Source: Mobula hypostoma (Eukaryota). Taken from it: a stretch of 64,000 nucleotides of DNA. Under the pieces are notes generated by a model. The model did no database searches and was not told the origin of the DNA. It was given only the letters and a program-made list of their open reading frames with translations. The position numbers were made by a program, and so were the translations under genes. Location: NCBI RefSeq assembly GCF_963921235.1, contig NC_086108.1, positions 97,094,001-97,158,000 on the forward strand, read 5' to 3'. Positions 38,273 through 51,290 of this stretch are shown here, piece after piece; the stretch's first letter is position 1; every line of letters begins with the position of its first letter.

Positions 38273-38694
38273 AAAGATGATTGTGGAACAAAATAATTTA
38301 AATGGAGTAATTCTTTGCTAGTGCAGTATAACCTGTAATCATTCTTTATGGGAATAGTGTTGCGACTGGAAGGACATAATTGGGCTGGGTAGTGAGATGT
38401 GATTAAACCGAGCGAGCCAAATGGAAGATAGCCAGCGAGGTGCCGAGCCTAAATGAAAGTGAACTCTGCGGTAAACTGGTTTATGAATCACCCACTCGCC
38501 GAACTAAAGCGGGAGTTGACATTTTGACAAACAAATAAAAAGTTCCTACAGTAGATAGGTTTATTTGCGGCATAAATTAGTTCTACAAAGTTTTGCTTTT
38601 CATTTTGTGAGGAAATAATGAAGTACGGAAATTAAATCTCGGCGCTTCTTTAAATGTTTAACCTAATTATAATTGGTTCAGAAATGTAAGATGT

Positions 38695-38770
38695 ATGGAT
38701 CTATCTATCTATCCAACTATCTGTCTATCTATCCAGTCATTTATCTACCTATCTATCAAATCCCCCCCCA

Positions 38771-38801
<31 letters not shown>

Positions 38802-38805
38802 CTAG
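38695..38805. repeat. (TCTA)n/(CT)n simple repeat
   Basis: Directly visible. Confidence 0.9.
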
Positions 38806-41800
38806 AAGTTTACAATAGTAGCTAGTGAATATTGTATGGTTTGCTTACATTTTGTTTTGAATTGTTAACAGCGCATCATAATGGATGGTTTTGTCAGGCT
38901 GACTAGCCTGCCTGGGAAACGGGAATGTGTCCCAGCCTGGCAGCTGTTGTGGGGAAGCATAACGCTTGAAAGCACCGGCTTCGCCAGACAGCAGGCGTAA
39001 GGCTGCTCAGCGTGAGCGATTGGAGCAAAAAAAAAACCGCAGGGCCAACATCTTCAATGCGAGAGCTCGCAGCCAAAGCGCAGCCATAATCTCACCTACA
39101 ACCCCTCCTTACCTAGTGTGATCTGAAGAGGGCTATGCGGTAATGACAACCAAACGCTTCTATTACCTTATACTAAGCTCATCAAAACAAATTCTGATCT
39201 TGCTCTTAATGCGCGGCGTCAAATCTCTGACCGCTTTACACTAAATTACAAGGACGGAACAGTTGGGCGATACAACTATTAACGCAGCCAGCCAAACTTT
39301 TTCAAATAATAGCTGGCGCGGGTCTAGCGCGATAATAGTAATTGATTTTAAAATGTTGTTGATTATATATTACAGCTAACCACGATAAGCATTAGAAGAA
39401 GGGAAATCGTGTATTGTAAGTGCGACTTATCAAAAAAAATAGCGCCATCCTCCTGGAATTTACTTAATAATACACTGCTGATATATAATTTATCAAAGAG
39501 CATGGGCGCTTTCTGAGTTGACTTGCAAACAACAATTTCATCGGGTGGACTTCTAACAGTTTTAAAACCAACGCGCTGTCCAAGCTCACAAAGCAATAGC
39601 ATCCTCAAGCTGGGATGTCTGTAATTATAAAGAAATAATGAAGTTACATAAGCATTAATACACATTTGGAATAAAAAGGAAAATGATCATTACCCCTAGA
39701 GGTTTCTGGTCGCATGGTGCTTCCCTGTGAATAGATTCCAGAATGCGGGAGCCCCGGGGCACATTTGTTTTGGCTTCCGTAATTGGGGAGTCATTTACTG
39801 ATCTCTCTACTAATAAACTCGCGTTAAAAACAAATTGACCTCCCGACTGTCTAATGAAAGGGAATAAGTGGCACGGAGACGCCCATCTCATTTGCCCCTC
39901 ACTCTCTCTACCCTTGCAGTTCCCTCGCCTCTGCTGGGAGCTGTTTGTTCAATCCCCAATCATTTATTTTCTGTAATTAGAATTGACGTACACGGATTTT
40001 TTTTATTAGTTTGAGGTTTATTTTGTGGGTTGAAATCACTTCAGACGAATTGTTACAATTTGTTGAACCACCCCCGCGACATAAATAACAGGATGAAAGT
40101 TTTGTCAAATTGAGCTAAACACAATATAGGATTTGCAGGTATAGAGATCGCGAGAGCTCAGTGTAACAGCGCCGAACGAAATTTTCCTATTAGCCAAACG
40201 TAGAACCGGAGTTCGAAACTTTCCAGTTCAAAAAGTTATATTAACTTCAACTTTTACTAGTTGTTTTACTCAATATTGATGACTGAAATAACGTATGCAC
40301 AAGCCTTTCTCGTACCATGTAAAGTATACTGACTGCCTAGCCCCGGAACTTGTGGGGTGGGAATCAAACACAGCAGCATGAAAACAAGAAGTAGGAAGTT
40401 AAACGTTACTGTTTAGCAATTTATGGAAGTTGGTAAATTTGTTTAAAAGTCACGGATTTAATTTCGCTATCACTTTGAGAATGACAATTACGTCATCCCG
40501 ACCAGGCCACGTCCCGAGTTCCAATTTTGTACGTTCACGTCAGAGACAAACTTTTTTTAACAGCAGCTTAAAATAAATACAAATTAACCAATCTTTTAAT
40601 ACCACAAAATTTACATTTATAGTTGCTTTTACATTTCAGGTGGCGATTGTTTTACAAATATTACTACCAACGAGAAACTTAAACTTTTCTTCAGACTGTT
40701 AAATATTGTAATTCCGAATGATTATCAGAGTGAACTCGTTCTTTCGGGATTGACTTTGCGTGCAGAGTATTTTAACTTTGGGTTAACGAATACTTGCCCA
40801 CAATTTGGCGTTCTGATACAAGCATAATTTAGATTTTCTAACCACCTACCCCGCAAAATCTCAGAAGTTAACAGAAGGTTATTTGCAAACACAGATATAT
40901 GGTTATGGCTACATTTTGGTGGGCCTTCCGTTAGGTCTTTGTTGAATGTGTTCTAATCCTGTTGTTAGACAGCCTCAGAATAACGCTCAGCCTGACCGAC
41001 ACGATTTTTAGTTTACACTGTGCAACCCTCTCTGATGAGAGAAAATCGCCAAAGGAACATAATACTCTCTGAATTTCCCGCCACCCTCACATAAAACAAT
41101 TTTAACGTCATAACGTCAACCCTAAGGTTGAATATTAATTAATAATAGTTTGGTTTAGATTATGATGTTTGTGACGTGCCACATTATTGCAATGTAAATT
41201 GTTCTATTCCAGTTCTATATTCAGAATTGCCTTCAGGTGCTCATCCTGACAATACTGAAACGCTATGGAAATGTTTCGTCAATTGGAATGGTTAGTCAGC
41301 AAAAGTAGATTCCGAACGGTTTAATTTTTAATAACAACGCTTTACTCGATAGTTTGTGTAAACCAGCAAGGTTTAAACTGGTGTTTATATTTTTTTTGTT
41401 TTCAGATTAGCTGTTCGAGGATACCGCGCTATTTTCTCAGCAAATTAAAAACAAGATTAAAGTTTCTACAGAAAATACGTAAAGTTCATATTGTCTATAG
41501 CTTCTGCAGTGTGTGTGCGTGTGTAAGAATCAATGTAAAGGTATTCAGAAATATAATGTTCGCACACCAGAGTTTCGAAACATTACATAATTTAGTGTTT
41601 TAAGGTTACTAAATGGAAACAAACGGGAATACACTTTATAACACGGCAATTAAAATTAAAACACTTGTATTGTCCAAGGTTAAGAGCTATAATTTAGACC
41701 CGGTTGCAACTTATAATTGTACGTTTTTCTGCAAATTCTTCATTTCCTGTCTTTTACCTCTAACAGCTGTAAAACAAAGTTATTACTACTTTTTTAAACA

Positions 41801-42529
41801 CGTAAATGTTATTTCAAACGCCCGCCTTTCCAGACTGTTACACGGAAGCCACGCCTAAAACTGCAAAGCGATGCCAATCTTCACAATTAATCTAAAAGAA
41901 ATATTTTAAGATATCCAAAATGTACAGCCATCTGAAGCATGAGAATTAAGTTCTGATGATTGCATTTTAATAAAATGTAAAGAAGTGGCGATTTTTTTTT
42001 GCTTCAAAGCGAATTTTTGTTTTGATAATTTAAGTATTCTGATAAAGTCCGACTTTAGACTGGGGATATTTCTAAGGAAGACGTATCATAAGGTTACACA
42101 ACATTTATGCCCACTTTCTGTGTTCTGATACTGCCTTGTATTCAGAGTCCGTTCTGCTATTGGTTATTGAAAGCACTCTAATACTCGAATCAACATTTAT
42201 TGGATTTATTTAAATTGATTCGAATATATTCATGTGTATTAGAAGCTGTAACAGCCTTTAAAAGCAACGTTTTAAGTTTAATGTATATTGAATTTTCACT
42301 CTTTTATCACCACTTTCGTTTATGTCTTCTTCAACGATTAATCATAGCGCGCCAAATTCTACTAAATCCGATTTACATTTGTAAAGCAGCTCTTATTTTG
42401 TCCTCTTTTTACTCTTGGGACAGCCATCAGTAAAGCCACAAACTAAAGGTCCGATCATTTAAACTGAGGTGCGTCGAAATTTCTCCTCTCAGATGGCAGT
42501 GAATCGCTGAACTAACTCTTCGTCCCTAA

Positions 42530-42715
42530 GGGCGCTGGAAGATAAATTTAAAGTGAAGACAGACGAATATTTGGGAAGGCCGAGGAATTGAGGGTGATGT
42601 GGAACTGGCGTGGAAAAGAACTTGAGGCCAGCGTAGATCAGTATTGATCACATTCTGTGACGGGCAGGCTCGAAGGGGCTGTTGGACTTCCGTTTTTTGT
42701 TGTGTTCTTTTGAGT
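42530..42715 (+). mobile_element. CR1 3' UTR fragment
   Basis: gaattgagggtgatg...agatcagt...gggcaggctcgaaggggc. Confidence 0.6.
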
Positions 42716-43539
42716 CTGTAGCTAGTGGCTGGTTTGACTGAAATTCGCATAATGATGAAATTTAATCTCATTTAGCATGGTTTAGCTTGGTTACAATAAT
42801 AATTATGTTTCAATTCATTTGCCTGCCGCGGCAACTCTGAACTCAAATATACGGAAATGGAGATGTTGGTCATAATTTTGTATCGTAGCAATTGGCAGGT
42901 TGTGTTTTTTTTTCTCATTTATTTTGGAGTTCCCTGTCTGGCCAACCTTTCGTTATGGAATTAGGACGTCCGCATATTATTGCACTAAACCCGCTTGTTG
43001 AGGGGAGGCGTGCGAAAGGAACGTTCTGTAGTGGTCCATGTACTTGTGGTGTTCTGCGTATAGGCAAGCGTGTAGATACAATTTCTAGTGTGGACGTAAA
43101 GCATTTTTAATATTTCTACGTGTCCCAGTCTTTGGAAATGAATACACTTTCTTTTAATGTGTTATTTTAAAAAAATATATTCACGTGACCTAACTTATAA
43201 CAGGGGCCAAATGTTGTGACAGCGCATATCCCTGGACAATGTTGGAATACAGACTTGGAAGTACAACTCGATAAAGAGCACGCAGTCGCCGCTCCAGTCG
43301 AATTGTAAAGGCTATTCCGAAAGGGCGGCGTAATGCTGGGTCTGTTCGGCTGCTCGGTTCCGCTTTCTCCGCTCGTATGCAGAAATGAAGTACCGCTTCC
43401 AACGCACTCGGTATCTTACACGCGGCAGTGATGAAGATTAAGATGTTACTCCTCGGGTTTATCCATTTGGCATCGCGCATGTTTGCTGGAAGTCACCGAG
43501 AGGAATCCGCGGTGTTACTTATCTTGAGAACGCAAATAG

Positions 43540-44770
43540 AGAGAAGGGGTGGGTTGAGTACTGGGCGGTCCACGGGAGAGAGAGAGGGGAGGAACGGAAC
43601 GGAGTCCAGGTGAACAATAAGAAGTAGGAGGAGCCATGCGAATAATGGGAACCCGGAAGGGGTGGTGGGTGGGGGGAGGGGCGTGGAGAGGATGGGGGAG
43701 AGATTAAGGAGATAAGGGGGAACCGATAATGGACGGAGGGAGGGGCGGGAAGGAATGAAGAGAGACGAAACGTGGCGGGAAGATGGAAAAAAAGGAGGGG
43801 AAAGGTGCTGAGATGAAGGATGGACGACACAAGGGGAAGGGGAGACGCGAGGAGTGAAGGGAGACGCTGGAAAACACAGCGTAGACGAGAGGGGCACGGG
43901 GAGGGGCGGAGGGTTTAGAGTTGAGAAGAGGAGACGGAGGGTGTGGTTCGGACGGGGAGAGAGTGTACAGAAGGGAAGGGATAGAGTGGGTGAGGAAGGA
44001 GGTCGACTGATAAGGGGGGAGCGTGGGTTGGAAGCTGAGGCGTTGGGTGGTGGAAGCGGGAGGGATGTGGAACAGGGCATTGAGGGGAGAATGGAAAGGG
44101 GACAGTGAATGAGGAATGGTGGAACGAGGGATATGGTGAAAGGAGGGAGATGGGAACTGGAGGCTTGAATGTGAGATAGAGGAGTGACAGTAGTGTAGTG
44201 TCTCGCACGACACTTTTACAGTGCCAGCGATCAACGATCGGAGTTCAATTCCCGCCACTGTCCGTAGGGAGTTTGTACGTTCTCCCCGTAACTGTGTGAG
44301 TTTCCTCCGGGTACTCCAGTTTCCTCCCACATTCCAGAACATGCGGGTTGTGGTTAGTTGTCGGCATGCTATGTTGACACCGGAAGCACGGTGACACTTG
44401 CCGGCGGCCTTGCCCCCTGTACATACTCGGACTGTGTTGGTCGTTGGCGCAAGTGACCCATTTCTCCGTATGTTTCCATGATTTGATGTACGCTTGACAA
44501 ATAAAACCGTTCTTGAAAAGGGGACAGTCAGCATAAATGAGAAGGAAAACGATGAGGGGAAGATGAAGGGGAAGTGGAGGTGTTGGGGAGAGTGACGTGG
44601 GGAAGAAAGGGGAAGGAGAAAGCATGAGGCAGAGCGAGAATGAGGGAAGGAGATACGGGTGCGGAAGATGGAGGGAAGGATAAATAGGGGTGAATGTGAG
44701 AATGGGAGAGGGAGGGACAGGGAAGGAGATCAGGAGGGGAAGCAGAAGCTGAGTTATGAAAGGGAAGTGA
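43540..44770 (+). repeat. GA-rich low-complexity tract with an embedded V-SINE (44180-44515, +)
   Basis: Polypurine + strand; SINE B-box gagttcaattcc and gagtttgtacgttctccc. Confidence 0.85.
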
Positions 44771-44932
44771 TGTTTGATAAATCATTACTGTGAAGTTGTA
44801 ATTAACATAATATAAAAGGACAGTCCACGTTAATCAACATTTTGGGCCCAACACATTGATGGAATTACAGAAATGGTTCACCAGTAGCTGTACTTCATTA
44901 GGAATTTGAGAAGATTTGCCCACAATCTTTAA

Positions 44933-45450
44933 AGTTCAAAGTTTAAAGTAAATTTATTGTCAAAGTACATATATGTCACCATATACAACACTGAGATTCA
45001 TTTTGTTGTGGGTATACTGAATAAATCTATAGAGTAAAAACAATAGCAGAAGCAATGAAAGACTGCCCAACTAGGACGTTCAAGCAGAGTACAGAAAACA
45101 AAAAACAAACTGTGCAAACACAAAAAAGGAGAAGTAATAAATAAACAAATAAATAAGCAATAAATATCGAGAACAAGAGATGAAAAATCCTTGAATGTGA
45201 GTCCATTGGTTGTGGGAACATTTCAGTGATGGGGCAAGTGAAGTTGAGTGAAGTTATCCCCTTTGGTCCAAGAGCCTGATGGTTGAAGGGTGATAACTGT
45301 TCCTGGTGGTGTGAGTCCTGAGGCCCCTGTACCACCTTTCTGATGGCAGCAGCAAGAAACGAGCATGTCCTGGGTGGTGGGATCCCTGATGATGGATGTT
45401 GCTTTCCTGCAACAGTGTTTCGTGGAGGTATGCTCAATGGTTGTAAGGGC
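44933..45450 (-). mobile_element. Rex1/Babar 3' fragment
   Basis: Antisense of the 3955-4596-type tail. Confidence 0.8.
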
Positions 45451-45875
45451 TTGAATGGAGCCTCCAATGCACAGGATCATAAGAAGCTGCGGAGGGTTTT
45501 AGACCCTGTCAGTTCCATTATGAGCACGAACCTCATCAGCATTGATGACACCTTCAGGAGATGATGTCTCAGGAAGTGCTATCCGTCACTAAGGACGCTT
45601 GCCATCTGGGATATGTCCTCTTTTCATTACTACCATCAGGAAGGAGGTAAAGCAGCCTGAAGACCCACACTCATCATTTTAGGAACAGCTTTTTCCCCCC
45701 CCGCCATTAGATTTTCTAATGGTCCACGAGCCCATGTGCACTACCTCATTAATTGTTTCTTTTCACTATTTATTTATTTTGTAATTTATATTATTTCTAT
45801 GTCTTTTTTTACTGTTGTTGCATAACGGTAGATTCAATGTTATATATCAGTGATAATAAATCTGATTTTGATTCA
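45451..45875 (+). mobile_element. Rex1/Babar 3' fragment (different subfamily)
   Basis: QDHKKLRRV...; tail gataataaatctgattttgattc. Confidence 0.75.
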
Positions 45876-46077
45876 ATCTTGTTGATGTGATACCTCTGGA
45901 CTTTCAATACACCTTCAAAGTTATAGAAGAGGTGCCAAACAAAATAGAGTGTATGATGTTGGAGTGTGGCACTGATGAGGTTCGAGGATTAGATACAGAG
46001 AGAAATTGGAGAGTAACAATGATGGAGTGGAATGTATGGACAGTGGAAACTCTGCAGGGATTGGCGCTGAGGCCTTA

Positions 46078-46980
46078 GCTCCATGGTACATCTGTAGAAA
46101 TTTGAGAGAGTCTTTGGTGACCTACTAAGTTTCCTCAAATATCTAATGAAATATAACTGCTGCTGTGCCTTGTTTGTAATTGCATTAATATGCTTGGCTC
46201 TAGATAAATCTTCAGACATGTTGACACCCAGGAAGTTGAAGTTTAGTCTTTCCATTACTGATCTCTTGATGAGGACTAGTGTGTGTTCCCTCAATTTCCC
46301 CTTCCTGAAATCCACAATCAATTTCTTGGTGTTACAGATGTTGAATGCAGGTTTGTTGTTGCAACACCACACCACCAGTTGATTTATCTCACTCCTGTAT
46401 GCGTCTTCATCACCATCTGTAATTCTGCCAACAATAGTTGTGTCATCAGCAAATGTATAGATACCATTTGAGCTGTGCCTATCCACACAGTCGTGGGTGT
46501 AGAGAGAATAGAACAGTGGGCTAAGCACACATCCTTGAGGCGTGTCAGTATTAAGTATCAGCAAGGGGCGATGTTATGTCTGTACTGCTCTGAATGTGGT
46601 CTTCCAATATGGAAGTCAAGGAGCCGGTAGCAGAGGGAGATACAGAGGCCAGAGGCTTGCTGATTAGTACTCAGGTATTGAGGATATGATGGTGTTGAAA
46701 GTTGAACAGTAATCAGTAACCAGCAGCCAGACGTAGGTATCACTATTTCCCAGGTGATCCCAGGCTGAGGGGCGAGCCTGTTGTGGTGATATACAAGTTG
46801 CAGCAGGTTCAGGTCCCTGCTTAGGCAAGAGTCAGTATTGGCCATGACTACTCTCACAAAGCACCTCACCACATGTGTGCAACTGGGCAACAATCAATGA
46901 GGCAGCTCATCCTGTTCTTGGCCATTAGTATCATTGCTATCCTTTTGTAGCAGGTGTGAACCTCTGACTGCAAGCAGTGA
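46078..46980 (-). mobile_element. Rex1/Babar RT fragment
   Basis: PQGCVLSPLFYSLYTHDC...YTFADDTTIVGRI...LSNFYRCT. Confidence 0.88.
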
Positions 46981-46994
46981 GGGTTTCAATGCCT

Positions 46995-48125
46995 CATATC
47001 ATCTTATACACTTCTATCAGTCACCGTTCATCTTCCTTTGCTCCAAAGAGCAAACTCCTACCTTGCTCACTTTTTCCTCATGAGACATGCTCAGCATCAT
47101 GGTAAATCTCCTCAGCACCCTCTCTGAGGCTTCCACATGCTTTCTATGATAAGAAGACCAGAAGTGCACGCTGTACCCCAAGTGCTGAGTATATCCAGAA
47201 TTCGATCGAATTTTAGTTTGGGAAACATGGAATTCAGAATTAGTGAGGTAATTGGCATTGAAGTAAAATACCTGGCATGATTTCAGTGAATGGCAGAGCA
47301 AGCCCAAAATGGGCTATTGTTCCTGTTACTAATGCGATGGAGAGGTGGAGAGGGAAGGGGAGTCGTGTGAAAAGGGAGGGGGATTAGAGAAATGGAAGGG
47401 AGACAGAGAGAGCATGATATACAGTAGGTGGAAAAGAAAAGGATGGGGAGGATGGATGAGAGAAAAATAGGGAAGGTTTGGGGTGTAGTGGGATGGAGCT
47501 CCTTAAGACATTAAGACATAGGAGCAGAATTAGGCCATTCAGCCCATTGAGTCAGCCCTGTTATTTGATAATGGCTGATTTATTTTCCCTCACAACCCAA
47601 CTCTCCTGCCTTCTCCTTGTATCCTTTGACGCCCTTACTAATCAAGAACCTATCAATTTTCACTTTAAGTTTAACCAATGTCTTGACTTCCACAGCCATC
47701 TGTGGCAATGAATTCCAAAGATTCACCACCATCTGGTTAAAGAAATTCTTCCTCATCTCGGTTCCAAAAGGATGCCCCTCTATTTTGAGCTCATGCCCTC
47801 TGGTCCTAGACTTTTCCACTGTTGGAAACAACTTCCCCTCATCCACTCTATCTTGGCCTTTCAATATTCAGTAGGCCCCTTCTAAACTGCAGTGAGTACA
47901 ACCCCGAAGTCATCAAATGCTCGTCATATGTTAATCTTTTCTTTCCCTGAATCATTAGTGTAAATTTCTTCTGGATTCTCTCCAATGTCAGCACATCCTT
48001 TTTTAGATATGGGCTGAAAACGGTTCACAATACTCCAAATATGGTCTGACCAATGCCTTACAAAGTCTTGGCATCACATTCTTGCTTTTATATTCTAGTC
48101 CTCTTGAAATGAATGCTAATATTGT
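46995..48125 (-). mobile_element. CR1 fragments
   Basis: FWSSYHRKHVEASERVLRRFT; TRGHELKI...RKNFFNQMVVNLWNSLP; tail taagacataggagcagaattaggcc. Confidence 0.8.
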
Positions 48126-48134
48126 GTTTACCTG

Positions 48135-48890
48135 AGAAGGAGATATGAAGGGGACAATAGGGGAGATAGATAGGAGAGGGAAGGGAAGAAAGATAGATGA
48201 TGGAAGGGAGTTGGGGAAGGTGAGATTTCAAGAGGAGGGATAAGTGATAGGTTGTGGAAGGTGAATTGGGGAGAGTCGAAGAGGAAGGGTAAGGTAAGCA
48301 AGACAAATCAGGGGAAGGGAGTGGAAGGAAGGGGTGGATGGGGAGAGGGGTGGAAGGGTAAAGGGTGGGGGTGGATGAGGAGTGAATGTGGAGGGGTAAA
48401 AGAGCGGAGGTGAGATTGGAAGTGAGGTGAGATACAAAGATGGAATGGGCAAGCTGGGTAGCAGTGAGGCAAGATGGTGAGGGTGAGATTGGAGGGGAAG
48501 AAATGGGAGTGATGGGTTAGATGGGAAGGGTGAGGAATGAGAGATGAAGTGTAGGAGGGACAATGTGGGAAATGAGGAATGGGGAAGATGGAAGGGACTT
48601 GATCTTCTGGAAATGTGGAATGGAAGTAGAAAATTCTGAAAACACTCAACAGGTCAGGGAGCGTACTGTATGCATGGAAAGAGAAACAGCTCATGTTTCA
48701 GGTCAAAGATCCTTCATCTTTGGAGGGACATTGGGAAATAAGAGGTTGAGGGAAGGGAGGGTTTTAAAGTGAGAGGAGATGGAGGAGGGAAATGGGACAG
48801 TGGGAAGACAGAAGGCTTGCAGTTTAGGGAAGCAGAGTGGACAGGAGGTTTGTGGATGGAGAGGTAGTTGTTGGGGAGAAGGCTTGAGAG
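48135..48890 (+). repeat. GA-rich low-complexity tract
   Basis: Directly visible. Confidence 0.85.
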
Positions 48891-49049
48891 TAGCAGTGAT
48901 CACTCCTTAAAATTTCACAGTGATGAGCTGTCTCACTGTTGATTCCTGATTCCCAGTGTGGAGTTTGCACATTCTCTCCTTGACCATACGAATTTCCTCC
49001 TGGTGGCCTAGTTTCTCCCCACTTCCTAATGATGTGTTGGAGACAGACT

Positions 49050-50120
49050 GGTGACTTACTGAGCTGTATAAGATCATGAAGGGTACAGATAGGGTGAACA
49101 TACATAGTGTTTTCTCCCCTGGGAGGGTGGGGGAACTAAAGACTAGAGGCCATAGGGTTAAAGTGAGAGATGAAAAATCTAAAAGGGGTTTAAGTGGCAA
49201 TTTCTTCATATAGAGTATGTTGGGTATATGGAATGAGTTGCCAGTGGAAGTGTCTGAGGCAATATAATAACAACATTTAGAAGGTTTTGGAGCCATACAC
49301 ACAAAATGCTGCAGATGCTGGAAATCCAGAGCAACATACACAAAAGGTGTTTGGATAAGTACCAGATAAGTACTGTTGGGATCACCCATTGTATCTGATG
49401 CTCCCATTGCACCATCCTCTACATTGGTGACCTGACATAGTTTAGGGGATTGTTTTGTTGAGCACCTCCACCAAAAGCCTCCATCATTTTAACTCCTATC
49501 TCCATTCATATTCTGACACTTTGATCCATGGCCTCCTCTTTTGCTATGATGAGGCCACTTTCAGGATGGAGGATCAACACCTCATATTCTGTCAAGGTAG
49601 CTTCCAACTTGATAGCATGAACACTGATGAACACTGATTTCTCCTGATATTTTCTTTCCCACCCCTTTCCCTCTTTCTCTATTCTCCATTCTCGCCTCTT
49701 ACCTCTTTTCCTATCTCCCCCAGTGCCCTTCATTCTTCCCTTTCTCCCATGGTCCACTCCCCTCTTCTATCAGATTCCTTCCTCTCCAGACCTTTACCTT
49801 TCCCACCCACCTGGCTTGACCTATCATCTTCTAGCTAGTCCTCCTTCCCCTGCCAGCTCCTTTTTATTCTGACATCTTCCCCCTTCCTTTCCAGTCCTGA
49901 AGAAGGATCTCAGCCTTTTCCTCAGCCTGACCTGCTGAGTTCATCCAGCATTTTGTGCGAGTTGCGCTAGACTTCGAGCATTGGCAGAATCCTTTGTGTT
50001 TATGATTTGGATAAGTACACCGATAAGAGGGGAGTTAGAGAGCTATGGGCCAAATACAAGCAAATGGCACTGACCTGGTGGGCATCATGGTTGGCATGGA
50101 TGAGATGGACCAAAGGGATT
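49050..50120 (+). mobile_element. CR1 3' end interrupted by a Penelope fragment (~49372-50005)
   Basis: CR1 ORF-end text. Penelope GIY-YIG end (DEATFRMEDQHLIF) is flanked by duplicated tttggataagtac at 49350-49362 and 50006-50018. Confidence 0.78.
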
Positions 50121-50544
50121 TGTTGTTGTTATTCCTCTCCTCACCTTGTAGCATGTTGGGCAGCAACCTTGCAGTTTCTTTAGCATTCGGTCTGTGTTAT
50201 GAGGCCGAGTTCCTAGCATGACACTCAGCCCAGCATGGATGGAAAGTGTGCAAGGAGCCAGCTGGATTCGGACTCAGGACCACTCACATCAAAGTCCGGA
50301 GCTGAGGCCCCTGCACCACCTGTTCATATCTTCCTCAATGGAAATTGGTGGGTAAATTGGCCACAATGAATTGCCAGTGGCAGAATTGGTGAAAACAAAA
50401 TTGATGCAGTTGTTATAGCAGATGAATGGGGGAATCTTTGAGAGCTAGCATAGACTTGATGGCCCAAGCAGCCTCCTTTCCTGTCATTGGGCAATGTGAG
50501 TATAAGAGGTGTTGGTAAGAGAGAGGAATCAGATTTAATGTAAA

Positions 50545-50920
50545 CAGAAAATACTCTGCAGATGCTGGGGTCAAAGCAATACTCACAACACGCTAGAGGT
50601 ACTCAGCAGGTTGGGCAGCATCCGTGGAAACGAACAGTCAACGTTTCGGGCTGAGACCCTTTGTCAGGACTGACGAGGGAGGGGGCAGAGGCCCTATAAA
50701 GAAGGTGGGTGGAGGGTGGGAAGGAGAAGGCTGGTAGGTGCCAGGTGAAAAACCAGTAAGGGGGAAGATAAAGGGGCAGCGAGGGGAAGGGCAGGAAAGG
50801 TGAAGAAGGAATAAGGGAAAGCCCGATGGATAGTAGAAGGAGGTGGAACCATGAGGGAGGTGATAGGCAGCTAGAGGAGGGGGCAGAGTGAAACTGGGAT
50901 GGGGGAAGAGAGAGGGAGTA
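50545..50920 (-). mobile_element. Penelope terminal fragment with a near-intact hammerhead motif
   Basis: Minus strand 50635-50672: cagtc-CTGACAA-agggtctcagccc-GAAA-cgtt-gactg (one core change). Confidence 0.75.
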
Positions 50921-51017
50921 AACTCCCAGATTTAATATCACTGGCATATGTAGTGAAGTTTGTTGTTTTGCAGAAGCACGACTGTGCAATAAGTAATAAT
51001 TTATTATTTATTATAGG

Positions 51018-51290
51018 AGCGGCATGATAGGGTAGTGGTTAGCACAACACTTTACAGTTCCATCGAACTGGGTTCAATTCCCGCCGCTGGCTGTAAGGAG
51101 TTTGTACGTTCTCCCCGTTACCGCGTGTGTTTCCTCCGGTTCCACAGTCCAAAGGCGTACCGGTTGGAAGGTCTTTGTAAAGTGGCCCGTGACTAGGCTA
51201 GGATTAAATCGCGGGTTTCTCGGCAGCGGGGCTCGAAGGGCCGGAAGGGTCTATTCTGTGCCGTATGCCAATACATAATAAAACCATTAA
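51018..51290 (+). mobile_element. V-SINE/HE1-like SINE
   Basis: gggttcaattcccgccg...gagtttgtacgttctccc...ggctcgaagggccggaaggg. Confidence 0.85.

Noticed and set aside
43493..44785. Long Pro/Ser/Leu-rich ORFs (up to 276 aa)
   Set aside because: Stop-poor frames from low-complexity pyrimidine strand plus SINE sequence; no domain-like content.
44933..45875. Head-to-head Rex fragments as a single twin-priming inversion
   Set aside because: Both halves cover the same 3' region and have different tails, so they are more likely two independent insertions.
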